Part shown: piece by piece, positions 1 to 7,181 of the stretch
Layout of the letters: the number at the start of each line of letters is the position of its first letter
Numbering within the stretch: the first letter of the stretch is position 1
Virus record (IMG/VR): IMGVR_UViG_3300037247_001878
Span: 1 to 56,927 of that record
Origin: a virus
Lineage: Duplodnaviria > Caudoviricetes
Reading direction: 5' to 3' (one strand)
DNA: 56,927 bases
Notes under the pieces: model-generated
The model's database searches: none
What the model saw: only the letters and a program-made list of their open reading frames with translations
Told to the model about the DNA's origin: nothing
Translations under genes and position numbers: made by a program

Positions 1-176
1 TCCGAATGCGGGCCGGTCGAATGGGATCACTGGCAGGCCCTGAGCCTGGGCGGGAACAACGGCCCGGGCAACTGGCAGGCCCTGGGTCGGCCGTGCCACA
101 GAACCAAATCCGCGCGCGATCTCGGCATGAAGGCCAAGGCCGAGCGGATTGCCCGCAAGCTGGCCGGGGCCTGGCC
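1..176. repeat. Terminal direct repeat, left copy (circular overlap)
   Basis: 1-176 aligns with 56752-56927 with 4 mismatches (positions 32, 33, 56, 82); the last 94 bp are identical. Confidence 0.95.
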
Positions 177-318
177 CAAGGCCAAGCGTCCCCTCAAGGG
201 CCGCGGCTTCGACAGGCGGTTCATCCAGCCATTGATCGGCCGCCCCTATCTCAAGGCCCAGTATATCGAGGGCTCGGGAGTCGAGCGGGAAAGCAAGCGA
301 AGAACCCATGCCCATTAG
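1..318 (+). CDS. HNH endonuclease, 3' part (gene spans the contig join, starts at 56653)
   Basis: Reads ECGPVEWDHWQALSLGGNNGPGNWQALGRPCHRTKS, continuing in frame into ORF 127..318; HNH pattern DH..L..GG.N...N......CH..K. Confidence 0.8.
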   Translation, partial: SECGPVEWDHWQALSLGGNNGPGNWQALGRPCHRTKSARDLGMKAKAERIARKLAGAWPKAKRPLKGRGFDRRFIQPLIGRPYLKAQYIEGSGVERESKRRTHAH

Positions 319-604
319 CTCCCTCGCCACCCGTCCCCTGACCAACTCCCCGGCCGGCGGCGCCGTATCCACGCCACCGGCAACCCTGGCGGCGGACGTT
401 GCACCTGTGCCGCACCGCGCGTCCGCCGCCGCACTTCCTCCCGCCATCAGCGCCGAGATCATCCGACTGCACGACGCCGGCATGGGCGTGGACAAGATCG
501 GCGCCCGCTTCCGCATCCCTTACAACGCCATCAACCGCATCGTCGAGCGCGAGCGCGCCCGGCGCACCGCCAACGCCGCGGCGCGCGAGTACGAGGGCTG
601 GTGA
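308..604 (+). CDS. Small helix-turn-helix protein
   Basis: AEIIRLHDAGMGVDKIGARFRIPYNAINRIV is HTH-like; overlaps both neighbours. Confidence 0.6.
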   Translation: MPISSLATRPLTNSPAGGAVSTPPATLAADVAPVPHRASAAALPPAISAEIIRLHDAGMGVDKIGARFRIPYNAINRIVERERARRTANAAAREYEGW

Positions 605-1002
605 TGGCCGCCCCCGCCGTCGAGCTGCTCACCATGAACGACCTGGCCACCGCCTGGCAGGTGAAGTTGTCCACCGCCTACGGCTACGTCGCCGAGGTCG
701 TGCGCGACTTCCCGCAAGTGGAGTGGTATAAACCGGGCCGCCGTGGCCGCCGCTTCACCAGGGCCCAGGCTCGCGCCATCACGGAGCAAATATGGGGTTT
801 ACCGTCTACCCGCCCGGAAGCCGCAAGGGAAACCGGCGCTGGCTCGCCCGAGTCTACATCGGCGCCGAGGAGTGGGAGTTCGTCCTCGAAGAGGCAAACG
901 ACCGCCGCGCTGCGCGACACCTTGCAGGCAAATTCGAGGCCGCCAAGCGCCTCGGTCATCCAGTTCCCGCGAGCCTCCCGCCCAAGACCTTCGCCGAGAT
1001 AG
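601..1002 (+). CDS. Probable excisionase / recombination directionality factor
   Basis: LLTMNDLATAWQVKLSTAY winged-helix start, directly upstream of and overlapping int, with a Ser-rich tail in the overlap. Confidence 0.55.
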   Translation: MMAAPAVELLTMNDLATAWQVKLSTAYGYVAEVVRDFPQVEWYKPGRRGRRFTRAQARAITEQIWGLPSTRPEAARETGAGSPESTSAPRSGSSSSKRQTTAALRDTLQANSRPPSASVIQFPRASRPRPSPR

Positions 1003-1832
1003 CCGCGCGCTACCGCGCCGCGCGCCGCCCGGGCCGCGACCAGCGCCGCTACATCGCCCGCCTCGAGGATCTGCTCGGCCCCCGCCCCGTGGCGGGTCTC
1101 ACCGCCGCCGACATCCACGCCGCCGCCCACGCCCTCTACCCGACCGCCAAGGCCGCCACCAAGAACCGCCAGGCAGTCAACCCGGCCGCCGCCATCCTCC
1201 ACTTCGGCGCCGAGAACTGGCCGACGCTTTGCCCCTATCTGATCCTGCGCCGCCTCAAGGAGGCCGAGCCCGAACGACCGCGACCTTCGCCCGAGGCGAT
1301 CGCGGCGCTGTTGCGCGCCGCCGAGGGCGATATCGAGGACTGGCTGATCCTGGTCCTGCACCAGGGCTGGCGCGTCAGCGAGACACTGTCGCTCAGGGTC
1401 CGCCACCTGCGATTGGCCGATCGCCAGGCCGACGTCTGGATCCCCAAGTCCCGCGCCTGGAAGGCGATCGAGCTGCACGCCCGGACCCGCGCCATGCTGC
1501 GCCGGCGGGTCAAGAACCTCGATCCCGACGACTGTGTCTTCCCCTGGCGCCGGCGCCAGCGCCTCTACGACGACCTCAAGCCCGTCTGCCGGGCGGCCGG
1601 CGTCACTTTCACCCCGCACATGGCGCGCCGGCTCTTCGCCGGCGACCTGGACCAGGCCCTGGTCACGCCGCGCGGCATCAAGGACGCCGGGACCTGGCTG
1701 TCCGAGAAGTCGATCGCCGTCTACATCGCCTCCGATGCCCGCCACGCGCGCCGCGTGATCGGCCTGCTGCCGGCGCGCAAGGCAGCCAAGACCCGGGGGA
1801 ACACCCGGGGCAAGCACCGGAAATCAAGCTAA
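792..1832 (+). CDS. int: Tyrosine recombinase (phage integrase)
   Basis: Catalytic set GWRVSE (R), IPKSR (K), TPHMARR (HxxR), GTW (W), IAVY (Y); adjacent to tRNA-like att core. Confidence 0.92.
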   Translation: MGFTVYPPGSRKGNRRWLARVYIGAEEWEFVLEEANDRRAARHLAGKFEAAKRLGHPVPASLPPKTFAEIAARYRAARRPGRDQRRYIARLEDLLGPRPVAGLTAADIHAAAHALYPTAKAATKNRQAVNPAAAILHFGAENWPTLCPYLILRRLKEAEPERPRPSPEAIAALLRAAEGDIEDWLILVLHQGWRVSETLSLRVRHLRLADRQADVWIPKSRAWKAIELHARTRAMLRRRVKNLDPDDCVFPWRRRQRLYDDLKPVCRAAGVTFTPHMARRLFAGDLDQALVTPRGIKDAGTWLSEKSIAVYIASDARHARRVIGLLPARKAAKTRGNTRGKHRKSS

Positions 1833-2008
1833 ATCGAGCTAAATCAGTACCCCGCACCGCCCCGTCCCAGGGCGGGGTCGGAGGTTCGATTCCTCCTCGC
1901 GGCACCATTAAGCCCTTGAAAATCCACACGATCGCATGATCTACGCGGGCCGCTGATTTCCGGCTGGTTCCCGTTCGTTCCCGGTGTTACCCGGGGAGAC
2001 CCGGGGAG
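1791..2008 (+). repeat. Candidate integrase arm-type sites flanking attP
   Basis: Paired ACCCGGGG direct repeats at about 1791-1810 and 1989-2008 on either side of the core. Confidence 0.55.
1874..1907 (+). other. attP core: 3' half of a tRNA (probably tRNA-Thr)
   Basis: GGGGTC GGAGG TTCGATT CCTCC TCGCGGC ACCA = variable loop, T-arm, acceptor 3' strand and CCA with no D-arm or 5' acceptor strand upstream; resembles alphaproteobacterial tRNA-Thr 3' ends (from recall). Confidence 0.8.
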
Positions 2009-2033
2009 GATGTTCGCGGGCCGTTCCACGCAC

Positions 2034-2087
2034 AAAAAAACGCCCGCCCCACCATAGCCCCCGAGAGGGCGGCGACGGAGCGGGCAG
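2034..2087 (-). terminator. Intrinsic terminator for leftward transcription
   Basis: Minus strand GCCCGCTCC...GGGGCGGGCG stem followed by T7, downstream of 2149..3051. Confidence 0.6.
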
Positions 2088-2148
2088 GTCAGTGTGTACT
2101 AGGGTCAGATGACGGGTATCAGATATCGGGTATCGAGGCTGGTTGGTG

Positions 2149-3051
2149 TCACGACCGCGGCGGGTCGAGATCGCCGCCGGCAAGGATTTTCTTGTAGAGC
2201 GGCCAGTTGCCGGGGTTCTCGTAAGAATGCCAGTGATCGCCGATACCGTTCGGATTGTCGCCGGCGACGTGGTGCCAGCCCTGGGCGGCGGCCCAGGCGC
2301 GGAATGCCGGGCGGTCGAGCTCCAGATCGCACCAGTTGTCGGGCGCACCGTTGCCTTCCGGCGAGGACCGGCCACCCAGGCCGACGCGGCCGATGAAGCC
2401 GCCGCCGAAGCCGGGCGCCGCGCGGCCGAGCTTGCCGAGCACATCGTCGGCGGGCACCACGACGTTGTAGAACCGCAGGTGGCGGCCAGCGTTTGCGGCC
2501 GTGGCGAACGCGGTCTCGGCGTATTCCGCGCCGTTGAGCAGCAGGACGCGGCGGATCGGCAGCGCCGGGTCGGCGCGGATCGCGCGCAGCGCGACCCGGG
2601 TCCCGAGCGAGTGGGCGATCAGGTCGACCGGGCCGCCGAGGCGGGCCAGCGTGGTCGCCAGCACGTTGCCGGCGTCCCAGGCCAGATCCCAGGCGCGGCG
2701 ATAGGTGAGGGCCCGGCCGTGGCGCCAGGCCTCCCAAATCGACCGTGGCCAGGAGAGCCCGGCGGGCAGGGAGTACCAGCCGAACCCGAAGCCCGGGCGG
2801 CCCGGCGGCAGGATCGTGCCGCGCCACTTCGGGTAAAGCTCGACGTGGGGGTTGTCGCGGCCGGTGGACGCCGGGTCATGTTCGAAGCCATGCACCATGA
2901 CGATCGGGTTGGCCTCGCGGCCGTCAAGGATCGAACCGGCCTCGCCGTGGGGCAGACCGCTGGCGGCGATCACCGCGCCCGGCAGGCCGTCCGGCCGCAC
3001 CGCATGGACCGCGCCGCCGCGCAGGATCGAGACGCCGGGGGCTGGGGTCAT
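2149..3051 (-). CDS. Alpha/beta hydrolase (esterase/lipase-like)
   Basis: IVMVHGF oxyanion motif, VDLIAHSLG nucleophile elbow, DDVL and GDHWHSY candidates for Asp/His; start could be 3066. Confidence 0.75.
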   Translation of the reverse strand: MTPAPGVSILRGGAVHAVRPDGLPGAVIAASGLPHGEAGSILDGREANPIVMVHGFEHDPASTGRDNPHVELYPKWRGTILPPGRPGFGFGWYSLPAGLSWPRSIWEAWRHGRALTYRRAWDLAWDAGNVLATTLARLGGPVDLIAHSLGTRVALRAIRADPALPIRRVLLLNGAEYAETAFATAANAGRHLRFYNVVVPADDVLGKLGRAAPGFGGGFIGRVGLGGRSSPEGNGAPDNWCDLELDRPAFRAWAAAQGWHHVAGDNPNGIGDHWHSYENPGNWPLYKKILAGGDLDPPRS

Positions 3052-3069
3052 GGTGGAACCTTTCAAAGA

Positions 3070-3127
3070 AAATAGCCTAACCGGCTATTTTTTTGCTTGA
3101 CTGAAATAGCCCGATAGGCTATATATT
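3070..3127 (+). promoter_or_regulatory. Sigma70-type promoter with two palindromic operators
   Basis: TTGACT (3097-3102)-N17-TATATA; ATAGCC-N5-GGCTAT palindromes within 3070-3090 and 3104-3124. Confidence 0.7.
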
Positions 3128-3152
3128 AGTTATCAGAACGGAGGACAGACCG

Positions 3153-3932
3153 ATGACCCACATGCCCATGATCGCCGAGTTGATCCACCGCGGCGCGCTG
3201 TTCGTGGTCAACCACAGCGGCGGGAAGGACAGCCAGGCGATGACCGCTTATGTCCGGCAGATCGTGCCGGAGGACCAAATCCTGGTGATCCACGCACACC
3301 TGCCAGAGGTGGAGTGGGATGGCGTTATCGATCACATCGAGGCGACGATCGACGGCTTGCCCCTACGCGTCGTCCAGGCCGGCAAGACGTTTTTCCAGAT
3401 GGTCGAGCGCCGTGGCATGTGGCCGAGCCCGAGCAACCGCCAGTGCACCTCGGACTTGAAGCGCGATCCGATTGAGAAAGAGATAAGGCGAATCTTGAAG
3501 GAACGCGGTCAGTCCCTGGTCGTCAATTGCATGGGGCTCCGCGCGGAGGAGAGCGCCAGCCGCGCGCGCAAGGCCACGTTTAAACTTTCCAATCGCAACA
3601 GCAAGGCTGGGCGCGAATGGTACGACTGGCTGCCGATCCATTCCTGGATGACCGAGCAAGTCTTCAACACCATCCGTTTCGCGGGCCAGACGCCACATTG
3701 GGCCTACGCGGCGGGCATGACGCGGCTGTCTTGTGTGTTCTGCATTATGAGCAGCCGGGACGATCTCTGCACCGCCGCGCGCCTGCAACCAGATCTCTAC
3801 CGGCGCTATGTCGAGACCGAGCGCCGCTTGGACCACACGATGAACATGGCCCGGCGCCCGCTGGAAGAGGTCACTGGCATCACGGCCGAGATCGATTTGA
3901 CGGTCCCGGATTTCCTGCGCAGGGCAGTCTAA
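3153..3932 (+). CDS. PAPS-reductase family PP-loop protein (phage type, likely Fe-S)
   Basis: SGGKDS PP-loop, RQCTSDLK, GLRAEES, RLSCVFC. Confidence 0.85.
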   Translation: MTHMPMIAELIHRGALFVVNHSGGKDSQAMTAYVRQIVPEDQILVIHAHLPEVEWDGVIDHIEATIDGLPLRVVQAGKTFFQMVERRGMWPSPSNRQCTSDLKRDPIEKEIRRILKERGQSLVVNCMGLRAEESASRARKATFKLSNRNSKAGREWYDWLPIHSWMTEQVFNTIRFAGQTPHWAYAAGMTRLSCVFCIMSSRDDLCTAARLQPDLYRRYVETERRLDHTMNMARRPLEEVTGITAEIDLTVPDFLRRAV

Positions 3933-3941
3933 TTCACAAGT

Positions 3942-3966
3942 CGGGAGGCGGCTTCGGCCGCTCCCG
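3942..3966 (+). other. Intergenic hairpin with cUUCGg tetraloop
   Basis: CGGGAGGCGGC TTCG GCCGCTCCCG; no U-tract. Confidence 0.6.
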
Positions 3967-3985
3967 TCACTCAGAGGACAGACCG

Positions 3986-4609
3986 ATGCAGACCGATTAC
4001 GACGACCTCCCCATGTCAGATACACTCCCCCGATACGAAGAGCGGCGGAAAGAGGGCCAGCGCCGTATCCGCCTTGAGAGGATCGACACCAAGGCCGAGC
4101 AACAGAAGTCCTATGAGAAACGCGATCGCAGCATCCCTGGCGACGTTGTTTGGGCACGCTCTGCTTACGAGATGTACGTTGACAGCGCCATGATCGGCTA
4201 TCTGCTTTGTGAGGGTGCCTACCGCTCGACAAGGTGGACCGTCTATTCTCTGCGGGCCGTTAAGAAGGGCTTTAACTTCCGCACGGCCCAGCGGCTTTGG
4301 GACAAGGCCTGTAACGATCCAGCTAAGCTCGGCAACTGGCTGGCCGACCACTATAAGGACGGCTCCAACTATCCGACACGCGAGACGATTGAAGCCGAAG
4401 CAAAGGCCGAGGCCGAGCGCCAAGAACAACTGCAACAGGAAATGAAAAGTGAACGTGCCGAGCGCGACAAGCGCCGCCATGAACGGCGCGCCGCCGCACA
4501 AACCGCATTGGACGGATTGCGCGAGATCGAAAAACTCAATCTCAGCAACTATCAGAAAGCCGCTCTTAGCTTCGCGATAGAAGAAGTCGGGCGGATAGCG
4601 GAAGATTGA
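3986..4609 (+). CDS. Hypothetical protein with C-terminal coiled coil
   Basis: ATG at 3986 with GAGGA RBS; charged helical C-terminus. Confidence 0.7.
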   Translation: MQTDYDDLPMSDTLPRYEERRKEGQRRIRLERIDTKAEQQKSYEKRDRSIPGDVVWARSAYEMYVDSAMIGYLLCEGAYRSTRWTVYSLRAVKKGFNFRTAQRLWDKACNDPAKLGNWLADHYKDGSNYPTRETIEAEAKAEAERQEQLQQEMKSERAERDKRRHERRAAAQTALDGLREIEKLNLSNYQKAALSFAIEEVGRIAED

Positions 4610-4911
4610 GCCATGCCCCGTCTCTTGGACCTCCGCCGATGACAGCCGCCCCCGAATCGGTATATCCCGCGAGCGTGGACCACACCGAATTCCGCACCAC
4701 GCTCGCGCGCCTGGGCCTGCGCCAGGTGGATTTCGCGCGCCTGGTGGCCCACCTGTCGGGCGAGAAGCCGAACTCGGTGACGGTCAACCGCTGGGCCGTA
4801 GGCACGTGTTCGGTGCCGCCCACGGTGGCCGCGATCCTGCGCCTGTGGGAAATGCTGCCAACGGCTCGGCGGAAACAGATTCTCAAAACCGCAAGCGAGG
4901 CGACCCGCTAG
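4606..4911 (+). CDS. Small XRE/HTH regulator
   Basis: EFRTTLARLGLRQVDFARLV...VTVNRWAVGTCSVP; ATG at 4639 is an alternative start. Confidence 0.7.
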   Translation: MSHAPSLGPPPMTAAPESVYPASVDHTEFRTTLARLGLRQVDFARLVAHLSGEKPNSVTVNRWAVGTCSVPPTVAAILRLWEMLPTARRKQILKTASEATR

Positions 4912-5232
4912 TCAGTCGGGCGCCGCCGGCGGTTGCATCTGGAACAAGGCGCGGATCACGTCCAGGGTGTGGGCGTCCAGCGTCGGGGCCTGTCGACCCG
5001 GGTCGGGGCCGTCGCAGAGCAGGTCGAGCGCCGCCAGTTTCGCGGGTTGGTCTTTGAACATGCGGTTGGTGGCACCGCGGCCGGCGGCACATTGACCGAC
5101 AAGCAAGACCCCGGCCTCCAGGTCCTTGGCCGCTTTCGCATTCTCGACGCTCTGGCCGACCCAAGCCCCCACGCCCGCGCAACCGGCGAGCAGAAGCAAC
5201 GCCGCCGTGGCGGCGAGGAAGGTTTTTTTCAT
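4912..5232 (-). CDS. Lipoprotein, possible o-spanin/lysis accessory
   Basis: MKKTFLAATAALLLLAGC signal with lipobox; follows the endolysin once the IS is removed. Confidence 0.65.
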   Translation of the reverse strand: MKKTFLAATAALLLLAGCAGVGAWVGQSVENAKAAKDLEAGVLLVGQCAAGRGATNRMFKDQPAKLAALDLLCDGPDPGRQAPTLDAHTLDVIRALFQMQPPAAPD

Positions 5233-5363
5233 TCCATGCCTCCTTCGGTGACGAACTCGGCGAGCGTGCCGAAGAGCTCTTTCGCCTCTTCCGGACCGAA
5301 CACGACGGCGGCGACGAGCAGAAACACGCCGGCGACAACGCCGGCGATCAGCTGGGTTTTCAT
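5229..5363 (-). CDS. 44-aa single-pass membrane protein of the lysis cassette
   Basis: MKTQLIAGVVAGVFLLVAAVVFGPEEAKELF...; AGGA RBS; ATGA overlap with the lipoprotein; absent from the ORF track because it is short. Confidence 0.55.
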   Translation of the reverse strand: MKTQLIAGVVAGVFLLVAAVVFGPEEAKELFGTLAEFVTEGGME

Positions 5364-5461
5364 GTGCTTCGATTCCTACGGATTGAAAAAGTCCGGTATT
5401 AGGTAGCAACCACACCTAAAATCCCCTCAAAATTTTCCGCGCGTTCCCATACACTTAGCCC

Positions 5462-5896
5462 ATGACGGACTACGTTGTGACAGGCCTGGTCAAGCGCCGC
5501 GCCGAACTGACCGGCGAGATAGAGCGCACGCATGAAAGCCTGCGAAAGATGCTGGCCGATCTGGAAGCGCTGGACGCGACCCTGTTGATGTTCGCGCCGG
5601 ACTTTCAGGTTGAGACCATCCGGCCCAAGGCCTTCCGTCCGCCAAAGGACTGGTCCCGGCGCGGCGAAATGACCCGTATCATCCTGTCCATACTCAGGCA
5701 GGCCGCAGAGCCGCTCACCACGCGGGATATCGCGCTACAGCTTCTTGTCGAGCGGGCCTTGGACAAGAGCGATCAGAAGCTACTGCGGCTTATGACCAAG
5801 CGCGTTGGCGTGGCGCTCAGGCTTCAACGTGAAAAGGGCGCGGCGCGGTGCGAACAGGGGCCGGGGCAGTATATGCTTTGGGAAATAACGCGTTAG
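5462..5896 (+). CDS. Hypothetical IS passenger (coiled coil plus winged-helix-like)
   Basis: Clean 144-aa ORF just inside IRL. Confidence 0.7.
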   Translation: MTDYVVTGLVKRRAELTGEIERTHESLRKMLADLEALDATLLMFAPDFQVETIRPKAFRPPKDWSRRGEMTRIILSILRQAAEPLTTRDIALQLLVERALDKSDQKLLRLMTKRVGVALRLQREKGAARCEQGPGQYMLWEITR

Positions 5897-6011
5897 CGCA
5901 CAAACCAAGAACACGCTCGACTCTTCCCTGATTTTGTGGTCTGAACCGAGAAACCCCCGACATGTGGCGTGCCGGGGGTCCTAGTCAAACTGCCAGCAGA
6001 AGGAGATTCAA

Positions 6012-6362
6012 ATGGCAGATTATATTGATTGGCCCTCTGGCGGGGCCACTTACCGTTACTGGTTTCTAGCGAATCCGTCAAGTGCTTCGGGCATCAAGGC
6101 GGTGGCAGGAAACTACATGTTTGTTCGGTTGGCCAACGATGGCTGGGTCCCAGTTTACATCGGGATCGCTGATGATCTACAAGACCGCATCCCCAGTCAC
6201 GAACGCTGGAAAGAGGCGGTTGCGTTGGGGGCCACAGAAGTTATGGCCCACACTCAAGCAAACCGGGCCAAGCGCGAAACGGAAGAAAAGGCTCTTATCA
6301 AGCATTGGAACCCGCCGCTAAACATCCAGCATCGCAGACGAGCAAGATTGCTCGCCGGTTAG
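6012..6362 (+). CDS. Small stand-alone GIY-YIG-like nuclease
   Basis: GNY...VYIGIADDLQDRI.SH, later E..LI...NPPLN; AGGAG RBS. Confidence 0.75.
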   Translation: MADYIDWPSGGATYRYWFLANPSSASGIKAVAGNYMFVRLANDGWVPVYIGIADDLQDRIPSHERWKEAVALGATEVMAHTQANRAKRETEEKALIKHWNPPLNIQHRRRARLLAG

Positions 6363-6497
6363 GGTTTCGATCATCAAACTCTGACTCGGGCGTGGCGGGC
6401 TGCCTTTGGCCCGCCACAACCCGTTTCGCCGGTGGATTGTTAACAACCAACTTAAGCCTTTCAAGGCGCTGTTCCATGCTGAGAATTCCATCACAAC

Positions 6498-6532
6498 TTG
6501 AGGTTATTAATGTCGCGCCCCATAATGCGCGC
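6498..6532 (+). promoter_or_regulatory. Stable-RNA-type promoter of the tRNA gene
   Basis: TTGAGG-N17-CATAAT followed by GC-rich discriminator GCGCGC, ending 2 nt before the tRNA. Confidence 0.7.
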
Positions 6533-6534
6533 TA

Positions 6535-6623
6535 GGGGGTGTGGTGGAATTGGTAGACACGGGTGATTTGTAATCTCCTGGGGTTGATCCCCCGTGCAGG
6601 TTCGAGTCCTGTCACCCCTACCA
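6535..6623 (+). tRNA. Class II tRNA with Leu-type body and UGU (Thr) anticodon
   Basis: Acceptor GGGGGTG/CACCCCT, A73, encoded CCA; D region GTGGAATTGGTAGACAC; anticodon arm GGTGA-TTTGTAA-TCTCC; long variable arm GGGG-TTGAT-CCCC; T-arm GCAGG-TTCGAGT-CCTGT. Confidence 0.9.
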
Positions 6624-6692
6624 CCTAACCCATTGAAATACTTAAAAACTTTCGTTATTGATTTTGAAACCAGGGAATCGTATATTATGTGA

Positions 6693-6805
6693 AGGTTGGT
6701 CTCTCGGAGCTGGTCCGATTTAATCACGGATCAGTTTACAACTACTGACCTAAGAGGAATTTGAGTGCGGGCCAATTGTCGAGAGACGGCCCGCACTTAC
6801 CTTTT
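6693..6805 (+). ncRNA. Candidate structured small RNA
   Basis: Promoter TTGATT(6658)-N17-TATATT; nested stems 6693-6700/6744-6751 and 6708-6717/6727-6736; terminator stem 6763-6773/6788-6798 then ACCTTTT. Confidence 0.45.
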
Positions 6806-6841
6806 CAACCCGCCCCTGCCGATGCCCCTCCCGCGAAAAGA

Positions 6842-7069
6842 TCAGTCGTCCGAAATCCGCAACGTCTGACACCCGGCCGCCGCAAGGCACTGGATCAGGA
6901 ACACGGCACTAAACCCGCCCCGGCTGATCTTGTTGTTCAGATTCCGCTCGGTCTCATGAATTTCCATCGCCTCTAGGCGTACAGATAAGTCACGATACGT
7001 CACGTTTCGGCGCTTTAGCTCGGCTTTCAGCAGACCCTTGACCCGGGCTTGCCACTCGGTGTCCGGCAT
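6842..7069 (-). CDS. Small HTH-like regulator (DUF6471-like) divergent from the transposase
   Basis: VKGLLKAELKRRNVTYRDLSVRL...ETERNLNNKISRGGFSAVFLIQCL. Confidence 0.75.
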   Translation of the reverse strand: MPDTEWQARVKGLLKAELKRRNVTYRDLSVRLEAMEIHETERNLNNKISRGGFSAVFLIQCLAAAGCQTLRISDD

Positions 7070-7072
7070 ACG

Positions 7073-7177
7073 GTATCTCCGATTTCAGGGGTTATATCAC
7101 CATATTCGATATATAAGCCCTTGAATTCGAGATACAAGATCACCATATCTGATGGTAGACACCCCGGATATGGTGAT
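7073..7177. promoter_or_regulatory. Operator repeats in the divergent regulator/transposase spacer
   Basis: ATCACCATAT at 7096 and 7139, inverted copy ATATGGTGAT at 7168; imperfect long inverted repeat 7073-7135. Confidence 0.55.
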
Positions 7178-7181
7178 AAAA

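Noticed and set aside
1-176. Diversity-generating retroelement TR/VR pair at the ends or in the fibre repeats
   Set aside because: Mismatches are not adenine-specific and no reverse transcriptase is present
1845-1907. Complete tRNA gene after int
   Set aside because: No D-arm or 5' acceptor strand, and the apparent anticodon loop lacks U33; treated as the attP fragment
3153-3932. Auxiliary metabolic cysH supplying the sulfotransferase
   Set aside because: PAPS reductase would consume rather than make PAPS, the motifs fit the phage PP-loop clade, and it is in a separate transcription unit
6560-6580. Reading the IS tRNA as Tyr (GUA) or as an ordinary Thr/Leu
   Set aside because: Centering the loop on GUA destroys the anticodon stem; only UGU gives a 7-nt loop with U33 and A37, and the class II body excludes an ordinary Thr
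6761-6976. 71-aa ORF with AGAGGA and TTG start
   Set aside because: It starts inside a terminator hairpin and runs antisense into the HTH gene
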